Source: Phoronis australis (taxonomy: Eukaryota; Animalia; Phoronida). From it: 64,000 nucleotides of DNA. The notes under the pieces were generated by a model, which worked only from the letters and a program-made list of their open reading frames with translations, was not told the DNA's origin and made no database searches. This document shows positions 13,681 through 26,272 of the stretch, piece by piece (position 1 is the stretch's first letter; each line of letters begins with the position of its first letter). The stretch is taken from NCBI GenBank assembly GCA_002633005.1, contig NMRA01000019.1, positions 1,533,759-1,597,758 on the forward strand. The letters are read 5' to 3'. The position numbers and the translations under genes are program-made.

Positions 13681-15849
13681 ACAGCAATGGTTACGCGCTA
13701 ACCGGGTATTCCTGATAAAGCCCTTGCATGCGAATTTTCGAGAACAAAACAAGACTTTCAGAAAGCGTGGTCCCCCAACTGTAATGGCTGGTATTAACAG
13801 AGTGGTGTAAACCAGCAGCAAGTATCAACATTGTCGCGGGGAATGGCCAGAAATTCCGATCACAGGTTTCTGTAGCTTATTTGAGAATTAAAAAATCGAA
13901 AACAGTTTGGCTAATTTCTTGCCTAGCAACACGACCTTTTGAAGGGGATTTATTCGGATGTTCATGTATCTGCTGCTCTAATGATGCCATTTTGACCCAC
14001 AAATAGGAATAGAAATGCGCAGCCACCACACAGTTACAAAAAGTTGCACGCCTTGTGTTTTTCCGATGCAGTTAACCCCTTTTGATGTAATTATGTGTTT
14101 GGAATAAATGTTGTGCACACGGTGAGTTGAGAAAGGAGTAAACTGACCGGGTTCATAGCCGGGTCTCTAATTTTAGAAGTGCTTAGTAATTTACATCCTT
14201 GCGTAAATCTGGTCTAATTACTATTTGGGTCTTTTAATTTTATTTGACTGGGTCCAAAACATCAAACTGTCGCCACACTAAACAGGCACCAATTGAAAAA
14301 TCAGCTGACTCAAACTATAGTGTCGGTGAAACTCATACGATCGCTCCACAAATTTAGCGGGTGCAGATGACAGACGTTTCAATTTCTGGGAATCTGATAT
14401 CTCATTCAGGACTACAGATGAATGGACACACCTGTAACTCCCTGAACTGTTGCCAGGTATGTACACTTACAAGTACACTAACTGTGGTCGACCATCTGCC
14501 GTGGATTAGCCGGACGAAACATATGTGGGCGAGGTTCATGTTATCAAGTAGACTTCTCCTGACTGTTCCTTGCGGTTCGAACCTCGTTTTAGCATTAGAA
14601 TGTCAACCATGCATATATTTATATAGTCTTTAGAGTACATGTACACCCAGTTACGGCGAATAGTAAAATATCAACTTCAATTTGCGCACAAACTTGATTC
14701 TTTTGAAGGAAACATGAATTGTATCGGAGAGCACGCATTGTTTGAGAAAACTAAGGAAATTTGCGGACGGAAAAATGCCTAACTAGCCGGAGCCGGTATA
14801 AAGCATCGGTAATGATTACATAACCAATTGGTGATTCAAAAGATTACTTATCGGATATAATGATGATAAAACAATTACAGCTGAACATAGCCATCCCGCA
14901 AGTCAAGTAACCTTCGAAGTTTGTACTTACAAGTAGTTTGTCGTAAACATCCACTAGATAAAATCTGAGACTTGGAAATCTAGACGTTATATCGTTGTTA
15001 AGGTTACATAGGACCGTTCAAATATTCCAGATTTGACTAGTTTTGGAAAATCGTTTCTCAGAAACAGCTATTTGCATTCATATGAAACGTTGGGATACTT
15101 TGATTTATGCCCAGTTCTAACCAAAGCTCTGATAGGAATTGTTTGGCCTTCCTCTATGCCTTTTGTACGAGGGGCTTATGCAGTAAGTCGTGAAATGATT
15201 GACATTGTAAAACACAAAATCGGCAGGCTATTTGAGAAATCCGTAACAACGTTTTTGAGATCTCACCGTGAATATTTATTTCTAATAGAGACTGCTCATA
15301 CTTAACAATCAATGTACCTTTCCGTTTTGCTTAATTTAAATAAATCTACATGGCCACGTGACCAATGATAAGAGTTTGGAAACAGTCAAAAAACAAAATC
15401 TACATGCTTTTTGCTTTTACAAAATGTATACGTTTAATACGTGAAAGTCAGTAACTGAATTGATACGGCTTGCTGATATGACGTGTTACGCAAAAGTTGA
15501 GCTGGTCATGACTGTTGGAAAGATGATTCGGTATCACTCACAGTTTACACGAGAAATTTCAATCAGCTCCAACAAAACTGGGTGCCGATTTTATCGTTTG
15601 CCTAGACATCTGAGCGCAATGCTTTAATATTTCAAATGTCTGGTAAGAGCCTGGTGCCCTGTGCTCACTGTCTCGGGCTTAAACGATTTTTGATTGAGTA
15701 CAGGCGTGTCTTGAATGGCCTGAAACGTACTTTATTAATAAAACAGACAGAGATGTTAACATTTACGACAAAAAATAAAACGCTAAACAACAGTCCTCGT
15801 GCCAAAGACAAGTGTTTTTGTCGGTGATCCCACTCCTTGAAGTTAACAG

Positions 15850-16070
15850 CGAAACCCATAATTCTCAGCGTCGCCACAACTATGTGTTCTACCAGAGACT
15901 ATGATAATGTGCTCTGTCCTACGAACGGCTTCAAGTGAGGACCACGTCAAGCAAGTCAATTTTCACTGCACCACGAAATGCTCACGCGGGAATCGAATCT
16001 TGGGTCCCAATCGCTTTCACCTTGGGTGAGCTCTCGTAAGCTAGTCCGGTCACTGAGAGCCATCACCGTA
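15850..16070 (-). mobile_element. Possible tRNA-derived SINE
   Basis: Minus strand has an A-box-like TGGCTCTCAGTG and a B-box-like GATTCGATTCC. No cloverleaf. Confidence 0.3.
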
Positions 16071-19000
16071 AGACGCATTTGGAGCAATAAGCTATGTCAT
16101 TACTTTTAGTGTTATTGACTACCCACTTTGATCACGACCCTCAGGTTGCGTTTCGCAAAGCTGGACCTGTTTTGAGTTGGGCTAAGTCAAACCAGATCAT
16201 AAAAGAACAAGTTTTGCACGAGAAGGGCAGTTGCCTTGCTGATATATGAGTCCAGGCTAAAGGTTGGTTTCGCGTAGTGCGCTCGTACTAGCGCGATAGA
16301 GAACTTTTTGGCAGAGTAAACAGGTCGATTCGATGCTCTATGGGTAACCGGTCATAAAATGACTCTTAAAATAGCGAATACGTGGCGAAAATCGCGCTTG
16401 CTAATAAACGTGTTTTATCGCTGGATACTTCTACCTGAGTATTGCAAGGATGTTAAAACAAACACATTTGCATTTATCTCCCGGATTACTCTCAGTCTCA
16501 CGATACCAGGGATTTTGGTTGAAGCAACTTTAATGACATGCATTTGAAGTGCAATCAATAATTCAGAGATTTTTTGTTGTAACGATGGCTAATCAACGGT
16601 ATGAATGCGGACTTTGGGACTATTATTAGCTGTCATCGCTATTTTTAAAAGTGCTCCGTTTGAACGCACATAGTTGGCAGAAAGAAAAAATGAAAGTGTA
16701 TCAACCCTAGTACTTTGGGATGGGCATAAACGAAACATTTGCCAATCTTGTGGATATGTTTTGAAACCGTGAAACGTGCCACTTTTAACAGGCCTGAATC
16801 TCCAGTGGTGTTCACTCACGTGACAGGTGCAAAACATCAGTTTACCAGTGTAGATGTTTGTCATGAGGAATTTTATTTCAATCCATTATATTTGATTTCA
16901 GTGGAATTAAAAATTCAGATTGATATGCGTAGCCACAACTTATAAAAGGGAACATCTTGTGCCTGTGCATATCCGGGTCAACACAGTTATTGCGTTTGGT
17001 CATCGAGTATTTCATATACAGGTACATGGATAAATTATATTTATTTCAAGTGTCATTTGGTATGTGTGACATATTAACCTATGAAACGGATCTCGTACCA
17101 TTAGCTTTGCTGCACCACACGCTCCTTTATACTGGGCACAACAGGTCCCACTTCAGGGCAAATTTTACTGTCCTTCAGAGAAGCTACACTGAAATGACTT
17201 TTTCACGGTTATCCCTGCCCATTCCCGTATGATGTGCATAATATCCCCGGCCGTACATGGAAACACTTACTAGTCCATTACTTATGAAACATGCTTTGAA
17301 TGACATTGTTTGAATTCGGTGCTATAACGAGGGCTATTATGTATTCCGTAACTTTCCATGTACATTCACATGTTTTGTGGTCAGTCCCAGAACAGCCGTC
17401 GGCAAAATTCTGTTGACGCAACTCTTAAGTTAGCTATGCCCGTGCACACTGACGATGTTCGATATTCGTTGGATTTATTATCGATTGTGAACACGGTTGT
17501 CCTGGAAGATTTTGTCCCTAAAGCATGAAATATTCAAATTCGTTCAAACACTTTACGTTTGCTACCACCTCATTTCAAACTTCGGATGATATGTAAACAA
17601 ATAAAACTGCATGAAATAAATTATCTGTCAGTTACCAGTCTTTTACCCAAAAGGTTCTGAAGACTTTAAAGAAACTTCTATGAGATGGTCAGGAGGGAAA
17701 AAAGAGCGATCGGGGGAATTTTTGGAAATAGTTTATACTTCGTGGTCATACAACGGTGTTTTTTAGTGCAGAACAATCTCCAAACCTAATTTGGGATCAG
17801 TGACACCAAAAGGTTACCAAATCGTGTCATAATTAATTTCATAAAAATCCAATTAAGGACAAGAAAGCGATGGAAATGTACCTCAACCTGAAATGGCGTT
17901 GAAAATATGTTTTCCTAACCACATATTTCTATTATATCAATCACATTTAGGTTTCGCTAAACAATCAAAAGTCTAGAGCCTTACAATTTTAACTGCCCCC
18001 GGCGGACGTCGCAATTTCTCTTCCTGGCCACCACNATCAAGCTCCACCCCCCCTTTTCACAACAAATTAAGTAACATGCGTGCACCCAGCGTAAAATATA
18101 GAGCGGCTCAAATGTCTTGTTATGGGGACCTTTTACTGAAGAAAATCAACGAGGGCTGGAAAAAGGGGCCACTAGGTTCAGGCCTACGAATTGAGCATCT
18201 GCGCGGCTTTCCTGTGTCCTTTGTGGACGTTGGTGTTGTTTACTCGGACTTTTTTCACTGAGGGGAATATTTTTGCCCATTCGAGCCCCCGGAGCCCATG
18301 AGTAATCCTCTCCTATGTCGCACAATTCCGAGCTGCCGCCCACCACTTGGCTGCGGCGCCATGTATATCCCTATATCGGTATTGAAGTAACCCGGCACTG
18401 CCCCTTCAAACTGTACTAAAGAGATGTGACGCAGATCATGACTTTGTTGAATTCACTGCTGCAGTTACTGTGGGTGTTCCTTCGGGATATTTTGTCTTAC
18501 CATAGCCATAAAACGATGATATTATTTAGAATATAAACGCATCCAGGCGAGGCCAGGGAGGATCGTTTCCAAATGCGGAAGCCAATGAAATAGGGGCTTC
18601 AATCCGAAGTAAGACTGATTATGATTTATTAGACTGTAAATAGATGTATAGCCAAAATGCCGACTCGTGTATGACAATGAAACATACCATAAAAAGTTGT
18701 CAGGGTGAAAGTAGGGTTCCCGTGTCACATTGCAGGTTTGCTTGTCCATTATCTGTCGATGAATGCCCATTCATCGTGTTGATGCTATCCTACATTTAAT
18801 TTTAAATTTGTCAATTGACGATTTTCATCCTTCAGCCCAGCTCTGTCCAAAATATTTGCCCTTTAGGGATGGCACAACAATATTTTATTCACTTCGATTT
18901 TCTATTCAAAAATCTCTCGCTATAGAAATCTCGGTCTGTAACATATGGATCGAGACCGTAGCCGAGTATTGACACGTCAATGTTGATTTAAAGACAGTTG

Positions 19001-21939
19001 AAAATTCAAACACTGTTTAAATAACCAATTTGCTTGTACAGTTTGCTGTTGCGTTGAGCGCATTGTCTCCCCTGTGATATATACGTAAACATATCGTTTC
19101 ATTCGTATTAAAAATGAACATGAAAGATTAATTACACCAAAACTGGACTCAAAATTCCTTTGTTTTAATAGCAGTAAGTCGTGATCGTCAAAAATCTTCT
19201 GCAACTTCAGGCCGAAGCCCTGGGGCTCGAAATCAGCAATGCTTAGCAATTTTTGCGGGCCTGTCTTATTATGGTAACATTATTGGCGAGGGAAATCCTT
19301 TTCTCAGGTCCGCCCAACGCTGAAAGGCTCGATTTGCAGCCAAACGCTCTGTTAGTTGAGCTTAGTCACTCCCGGTATGCTTAAAAATGCTTTAAAGGTA
19401 CTGTTCCCTTTGCATTCGCCGATTTAGAACACGTCAGTCAAAAGATCTCATAAAAAATGTAAGCAGACCGTAACTTTTCGGCGTGTTTGTGATTGCTAAA
19501 TATTATTGTTATTAATTTTTAAATAGTCATATAAAACTTCAATTCACATGGCAGCAGTGCAGTGTACACAGATACGCAAAAGTAACCTGTTAATCACTAC
19601 GGCGGCAATTTTAGATGGTGACGCACTACCAAAATAAACATTAAACTAAGACATTTATGTTATATTCATAGTCCTCTAAGTTTGGAAATATTTGGTGCTG
19701 TGTTGAATGAGTATGATTTATGCTTAATTTCTACAGAGCTAAGTTGTGCTATTACCCGTTTTATGAGTTTTTAATTAAAATAAAGCGGAAACAGTATCTT
19801 TAAGATTATTTATTATTTTGATAAAGTCACTGGCCTTGATTTAATCGAATGCCTGGCAGACAATATTAAAATAACATCACACGTATTTCATTTAAATGAT
19901 AGTTCTGACCGAAGCTACTGACTTCAAAAGTCTGTACCACTCAACAATAGTCTCGAAATCTGAGTTTTTGGTGGGTTCTATAAACTATTATGTCGCTTTA
20001 TTCTGCGGTTAACTTTGTTTGACTTCCTACATCGGTTTCTTCTATTTCTTCCACTCTAAATCGACGAAGACAAGCTTGCTTTAATGAATATGTGTTTACA
20101 ACGGGTAGTATTTCTAGCCGGAAGATAGAGCTGCGCAGATTCAATTCTATTGCTAAACAATTTAAAGGTGCTATGATCCCAGACGTCTTTCAGAAAGGAC
20201 TTTTTTTTTGACCACTCACCTTTATCAAACGGACCTCAGCAGTTGCGTGTTCGGCGTATAAAATTATTCAAACCAGAACCTGGTCTCAAGCATTTATATT
20301 TTCCACTCACGCCAATGGCCAGCAGTTGATACAACGCTAAGTAGTCTAAATCAAAAGTTTTTTTTCCTTAACAGAAGGCGGTTTCAAGGCAGCTTTAATA
20401 ATGTTCGCATTACTTTGGTATTAAAGTTATTCACAAATTTCAAGGTGCAGCACGAGCGCAACTTGGAGTTTGTTTGCCACAGCTTATTTAAATTATTGAC
20501 CCTAATGTATACCAATCACTGTTTGTTTTCGACACGCGTTAAGAATCTGCCACCAAGACTGCTATAAAAGAGTAATTACATGTTGGTTGGTACTTTCTAG
20601 CACCGTTCATCAGCACATGGCTGAACACAAAACGACTGATGTGTAATACCTGGTGGCATTTGCGTCATGCACTGAAAAAGTCCTGCAAATTATTGCCTTG
20701 TATCGTTGTCGAGGGCATTATTTGAACTTAGATAACAAGACCAATACGTTAATACCTAAGGCAATCACATGAAACAAAGGCCATAATCTCCACAACTCTT
20801 CTGGCGTATTGTCTACAGATTGACATGGAGTGTTCATTTAACTACACGTAACAAGGTTTGTCAAACCTGAAAATGACGCATTCATGTCAACAATTCATCA
20901 AGTGATAACATGTTTTTCCGTTTCCGTTTAAACATAATCTCATCTCTTCATAAAACGAAATTGAATTTAGATTTATTTGTTGTCACTTGGTTTCCAAATG
21001 ATGCTATGCGTGTTTAATACACTGCATCATTCTTGTCTTATATCCTAATTTGAAGATAACCATTTCTGACTCGCCATGTAGCTTTTGATACAATTGAAAT
21101 CAGCGTTTTCTAAAATTAATTCCCCCGGGGAAAATGACGTAATCTTAACATTCTTGCAGACCACTACCAACCCAATGGCAGCAGTGGGATGAAAGCTGTC
21201 TGTTTCGTAAACGAAGCTTCTAAAATGGGATTCTGTTGTTGTTGGCTTTGACATTTGAACAACGAGTTAAGCACATGTGATGGCGTACAAGTGTGTTCGT
21301 TTTACGAAGCGATCCGTTGACTAGGCCTTGATCATCAGCTGATTGTGTCGCGTTTCAAGTTAGTATTTGAGGACGACCGAATGCTTCTTGGGAACACATG
21401 TTTTTTTTAACTGAAACAGCTGCCTGGCAGACGACAAATGTAGGTCGATGCATGTCAGTGACTTCCGTGACCCTGTGCGTTGCCGCAAAAATGTTTCACG
21501 CAAGTAAAAGAACTCAATAGAAAAAGCAACTTATCTGGCATCGCTTTACAATGATTTGGGTCTCCGCTAATAAAGTAAAAGAGCTGCGTTTTATTTATGC
21601 TGTCTGGGCCCAGGTCATTGTCAATCTGCAATTCCTATATTAGCATACGTTGCATGTAGTTTTGACCTTTGAATTCCTTCTTTTTCACAACGGAACGTTG
21701 CGACTGTGCTTGTAAGATCGGCTAAGACTTTATTTTATTATATTTCAGTGTCATGAATCAAATGAAGCTTTAAGCAAAAGTTTACTAACAAGTAGGCTTC
21801 AGGAGACATGTACTTGGCGACTGGGACAACCGTTGTCTGGCCTAGCTGCTTTAACCGCCTACATGCACGTTGTATGTATTTTAAGCTTTAATCTTATTTT
21901 AATTCGTTTAAGTATAGATGTGATAACAGCCATGCACAC

Positions 21940-21950
21940 ACACACGCCCA

Positions 21951-21996
<46 letters not shown>

Positions 21997-22080
21997 AACA
22001 CATGACCCGGAAAACGTCAGAATGAGATAAAACAACGCCGGCTGTTGCATTTTAATGCAATAGCCGGCGTTGTATTATTG
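21940..22080. repeat. (CA)n microsatellite plus 20-bp stem hairpin (Helentron/HINE-like end)
   Basis: CA tract at ~21945-22000. ACAACGCCGGCTGTTGCATT (22032-22051) pairs with AATGCAATAGCCGGCGTTGT (22054-22073). Confidence 0.7.
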
Positions 22081-24397
22081 TTTAATTAAAATTATAAGTT
22101 GAGCCGTTACCGGCGATGAAAACACACCCTGTTAGAAAAGCACCGAATGCTAAAAGCGTATTGGGCTTCTAGTGTATTTTAAACAGACGTTCATTTTACT
22201 ACATTTTACATGTATATAATTGTAGTTTTTAGCCCACTATTGGCATTGTCATGCAAGAAAAAAAGATGTTTGATATGATGATATATTTAAATGTGAGGTG
22301 CGTTTTTTTGGAAAATTACAAAAACGTATGTTATCTTTGGTATATCTTAATTGAATATGTGTAATAACTTTTGTCTTTTGTTTCAGTCGTAGTATTTGTA
22401 TTATTCTCATAGAAAACACGGTTTATGCATGAAAAAATGCATTTTTTGTGGTTTGTTTTATTGATTACCTTTCATTTCTGATATTGATATGGTATAATAA
22501 AATGCTTACCGAGAGTCATGTACTGCATGCTGTCAACACATAATTTTCTGTGTTTATACAGCGTGAAAATCGTTCGTCACCACTCACTGATTGCGTGGCA
22601 GTGTCTCAGTCTTTGGGAGCAGGCGAAACTCTGAAGTCGGTTCGACGTTGGTAAACAGTCACCTCTAAGTTGGTGCGACGTCGGCAAACAGTCGCTTGCA
22701 TGTTGGCGCAACGTCGATAAGCAGTTGGACTTGAATTAACGCAACGTCGGAGCGGGACGTTTTTCGCCGAGGTCGTGCCGCTGTCGGTTATTAGTAGGCT
22801 GTGCCCTGTGTCGGAACAACCTCGGTTCATCGTCCGCCTGAGTGCTTGACGACGATCGCCAGACGGACAAAATCACGTTTGCCCGACATCAGTAGCCTTA
22901 GTCAACCACTGAGACATAAGATGAGTCGTCCGTCCAACCGGGGACACACATCTTAAAAATGTTTCTGGAGTTTAACTCAAAGTAGATTTCCACTGAAACA
23001 GAAGACAAACTGTTCACCAGGAATGTTTACAGTTTGTTCTCAAAGTTTTCGAATTTTTGTTGATGTCTAAGCATTTTTACTTTAGTATCAAATTTCAGAA
23101 AAAAACGATCTGTCAACTGCTCGGCACGCCATCGTTTTGTCTCCCACACATCAAAGCACGCCTCCTTATTTGATATGGCAAGACTGACGTAACACCTTTC
23201 CGCCATGTGGAAAATGTGACCTTAGACTTTTGAAGTACACAAAACAATTGCAATTTCAAGCTGAACCCAGTCCAACTTCTTTAAACGCGTGCGCGCATAT
23301 GCATTATTAGGTGCGGAGAATTTGAAAATCTTATTAGGAGAAGGGACTTTTATTTCTTCTGTATTTCAAAAATAGTGAATTCGACATTTTTTTCTGGAAA
23401 TTCTTGCAATATTGAAAGTGAATAACCCCTACGTTAGCATTCCCAAAAAAGTAGTTTCGCCAACATCTGTTTAAAATGTGTTTTTAAGAGTCTTCGCGTC
23501 CCATGCCTCTTTAAGCAGTAACAGCCGTTGGATAACTCGCCCAACATTTATACTGTAGACACGCTTGCCGGATTAGCAAAAGGAGTTTGCAACTGAACTA
23601 GTGCCCAATGGTGGCTGACGATAGCTGTGGTTGTGCTTTACGTTTCTTCCGCATTCTTTTCCGACCAGCTTTTACTCGAAATCTTAGGCTTTTACCCGAG
23701 TCTGCAATTGGAATCTTGGGGTCATTAAGTGCGAACTTGGACTAGCTACTCCCAAACACATACTCTTATCTTGAGCTTCCAAAACGGAAGAACTAAAAAT
23801 ATCCAAATAATTTCGATTTCGATGTATTTTACACCATTTGTTGCCGACAGATCTTGCCTGAAGGTCCGGCCAGATCTATGGTTTGCTTAGCTAATCTGGA
23901 AATAATTGACTCCTGGTTGCTGCAGACAACTCCCTGAAACCACTTTGTAGTGGTGAACCTCTGGACAAGCATCTGACGTTGAAGCATCTTCATGGGTTGC
24001 GCACCACAGGGGGCTGGGGGCTATAGCCTCTCCACTTCCTTCAGTGATGCGCCGCCCATGGTCTACCGGTGCTGTTCCACCAGGAGGCTGGAGGACTTCC
24101 ACTTTTTCAGTGCTGCGCCGCTCATGACTTGGGTAGTGGATGTCGGAATGTGCACGAGTCAGTATCACTTTTGTGTGTCAACACCGAAGAAGATCATAAC
24201 AATGAAAAACCTTGGATTCAAAGCCAGCGGACATTTATATCTAGGCAAGGGATAACTGACAAAATTACCTAACAGATGATAGAGATAGAGTGTGTCGTGT
24301 AGCATTAATTTGGCCACGATACATGTAGCTTTCCTTCAAAGCTGACGAACTAGATTTCACAGTGGCCCTGAAAGCGAACATTTTCTCACTTGCGCGA

Positions 24398-25690
24398 TGT
24401 TACGTGGCATGAACGGTGTATTAACGTAAGATGTACATGAATCAGAGAGTGCAGAGGCGTTTTATTTGCGTTTAATACCTGAACTATGATTACTAACGCT
24501 ATCTATCGGTAGCTCACGTAACATCTCCTTTCCTATCGAAATCAATTAAACTAACACAATGAAATGTTAAAGACTAGACGTACAATAATACAACTTGAAT
24601 GGAGAGTCACTAGAACTGAGATCCTAGAGCAACATTCAAAATCTGGGTGGATTTCTCACAATCTTCACACTTTTGTGTGGAGCAGGTGTTGGCGATTTGG
24701 TAGAAACGTTGGTTTCCAGTCTGTCAGGGGGTCATCGTGTTACCGCCGCAACAGCGGCAGGAGGCTTAATGTTGTATGACTCTCCAGAACAACCTGTTTT
24801 TCTCAGCAGGTGTCTCTTACGTCTGTAAATTCTGCCGTTGGAACATTGAACTTTTTATTTTCCGTTCCCCACCACAGTGTATGTTGATTCAGCAGCAAAT
24901 TATGAGCGTTCCTCTTGTCTCTCCAAAGGATGCATGCGTACTGCATCTATCGCCAGGTTTAAGCTGTGGAAGATCCCTGTTACGCTTGTCTAGATGGGCA
25001 GCCACACTCCACCTCTTATTGGACATGACTTATCTTTCATCTTATTGCAGCTTCCTCGAAGAACGTATAATACTTTGCTGTGGTAGGTAGATTGCTCTTC
25101 GCCTCCCTGCCAAAAATGGCCGAGGATATCAGATGCTCCGTCGATGTGATTCGAACGCTCAGGACATGAGATGCTCCGTCGGTGTGTTTCGAGCGCTCAG
25201 AACATGAGATGATCCGTCGGTGTGTTTCGAACAACCAGGACATGAGATGCTCCGTCGGTGTGTTTCGAGCGCCCAGGACATGAGATGCTCCGTCGGTGTG
25301 TGTCGAACGCCCAGGACATGAGATGCTCCGTCGGTGTGTTTTGAACGCTCAGGGTATTAGATGCTCCGTCGGTGTATTTCGAACGCTCAGCAGGCCAAGA
25401 TAAGGATCCTCTCCACTTCTTATCAATTTTTTTTAAATTATCTTCTCTGCAGCAGCTTGAGCAGCGCCTTTGCCTTGGTGTTAACACTTGAGGTCACGCT
25501 GTGCTCAAAGGACCGAAGAAGGGTGTCAATTTCTTGATAATGCAGGGATGCGTACTGCAGTCACCATAGCTACTAAGTGTGTCTGGAATGCACAGTCTGG
25601 CGAAGTGATGTTCCGACTTGTTGACAACAGTGCTCGAGTAATATCTGAACTGTCACTAATGCTAGCTATCGGTAGCTCCCTTAGTTTACA
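24398..25690 (-). mobile_element. Internally deleted Gypsy/Ty3-type LTR retrotransposon remnant (integrase, PPT, 3' LTR, partial 5' LTR)
   Basis: The 126-bp LTR at 24398-24523 has TGTTACGTG...CACGTAACA termini, and a polypurine tract (ATAGGAAAGGAGA on minus) lies at 24524-24536. Integrase motifs on minus: HFARLCIPDTL, EDPYLGLLSVRNTP, IFGREAKSNLP, DKRNRDLPQLKPGD, GRIYRRKRHLL. A partial second LTR copy is at ~25645-25690. No TSD seen. Confidence 0.85.
25123..25392. repeat. 38-bp minisatellite, 7 copies
   Basis: AGATGCTCCGTCGGTGTGTTTCGAGCGCTCAGGACATG-like unit at 25131, 25169, 25207, 25245, 25283, 25321 and 25359. Confidence 0.95.
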
Positions 25691-26009
25691 TCATAGGCGT
25701 TTCAAGCGGAGGATAGCCAGTTAAAGGGGAGGGTCATTGCTCCTCTCGGATTCAGGCGATTAGAAATTTTAGGGCAAAGCAAGAACAACATTCGGGGAGC
25801 CAAGAATCCAGAACAGGCGATCAGGCGCGGATTGGTGGCAAACGAGGGGTGTAGGGTTCTCCTACCATGCCTACTTAATTAGGGTAAAACTACATTTATG
25901 GGGTGCCCCGGTATCATTGGCGAAGAAAGACATTAGCGGGAAAAGCTAGTGTAATCATCACCATTGCGCAGCCGGTACTATGGTGGGTTTCAACCTCAAA
26001 ATGCCGCAC

Positions 26010-26272
26010 TGAATAGGATGTGCCCAGTAGCGTCCAAAGGCCTTGAGAAATAGGATGTGCCCAGTAGCCCCCTAAGGCCTTGTGAAATAGGATGTGCCCA
26101 GTAGCGCCCGAAGGCCTTGAGAAATAGGATGTGTCCAGTAGCGCCCGAAGGCCTTGAGAAATAGGATGTGCCCTGTAGCCCATGAAGGCCTTGTGAAATA
26201 GGATGTGCCCAGTAGCGCCCGAAGGCCTTGCGAAATAGGATGTGTCCAGCAGCCCCCGAAGGCCTTGTGAAA
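26010..26272. repeat. 37-bp minisatellite, ~7 copies
   Basis: Unit GAAATAGGATGTGCCCAGTAGCGCCCGAAGGCCTTGA repeated with period 37. Confidence 0.95.

Noticed and set aside
25123-26272. CRISPR-like arrays (37-38 bp periodicity)
   Set aside because: The units are head-to-tail with no unique spacers, no cas genes are present, and the context is eukaryotic.
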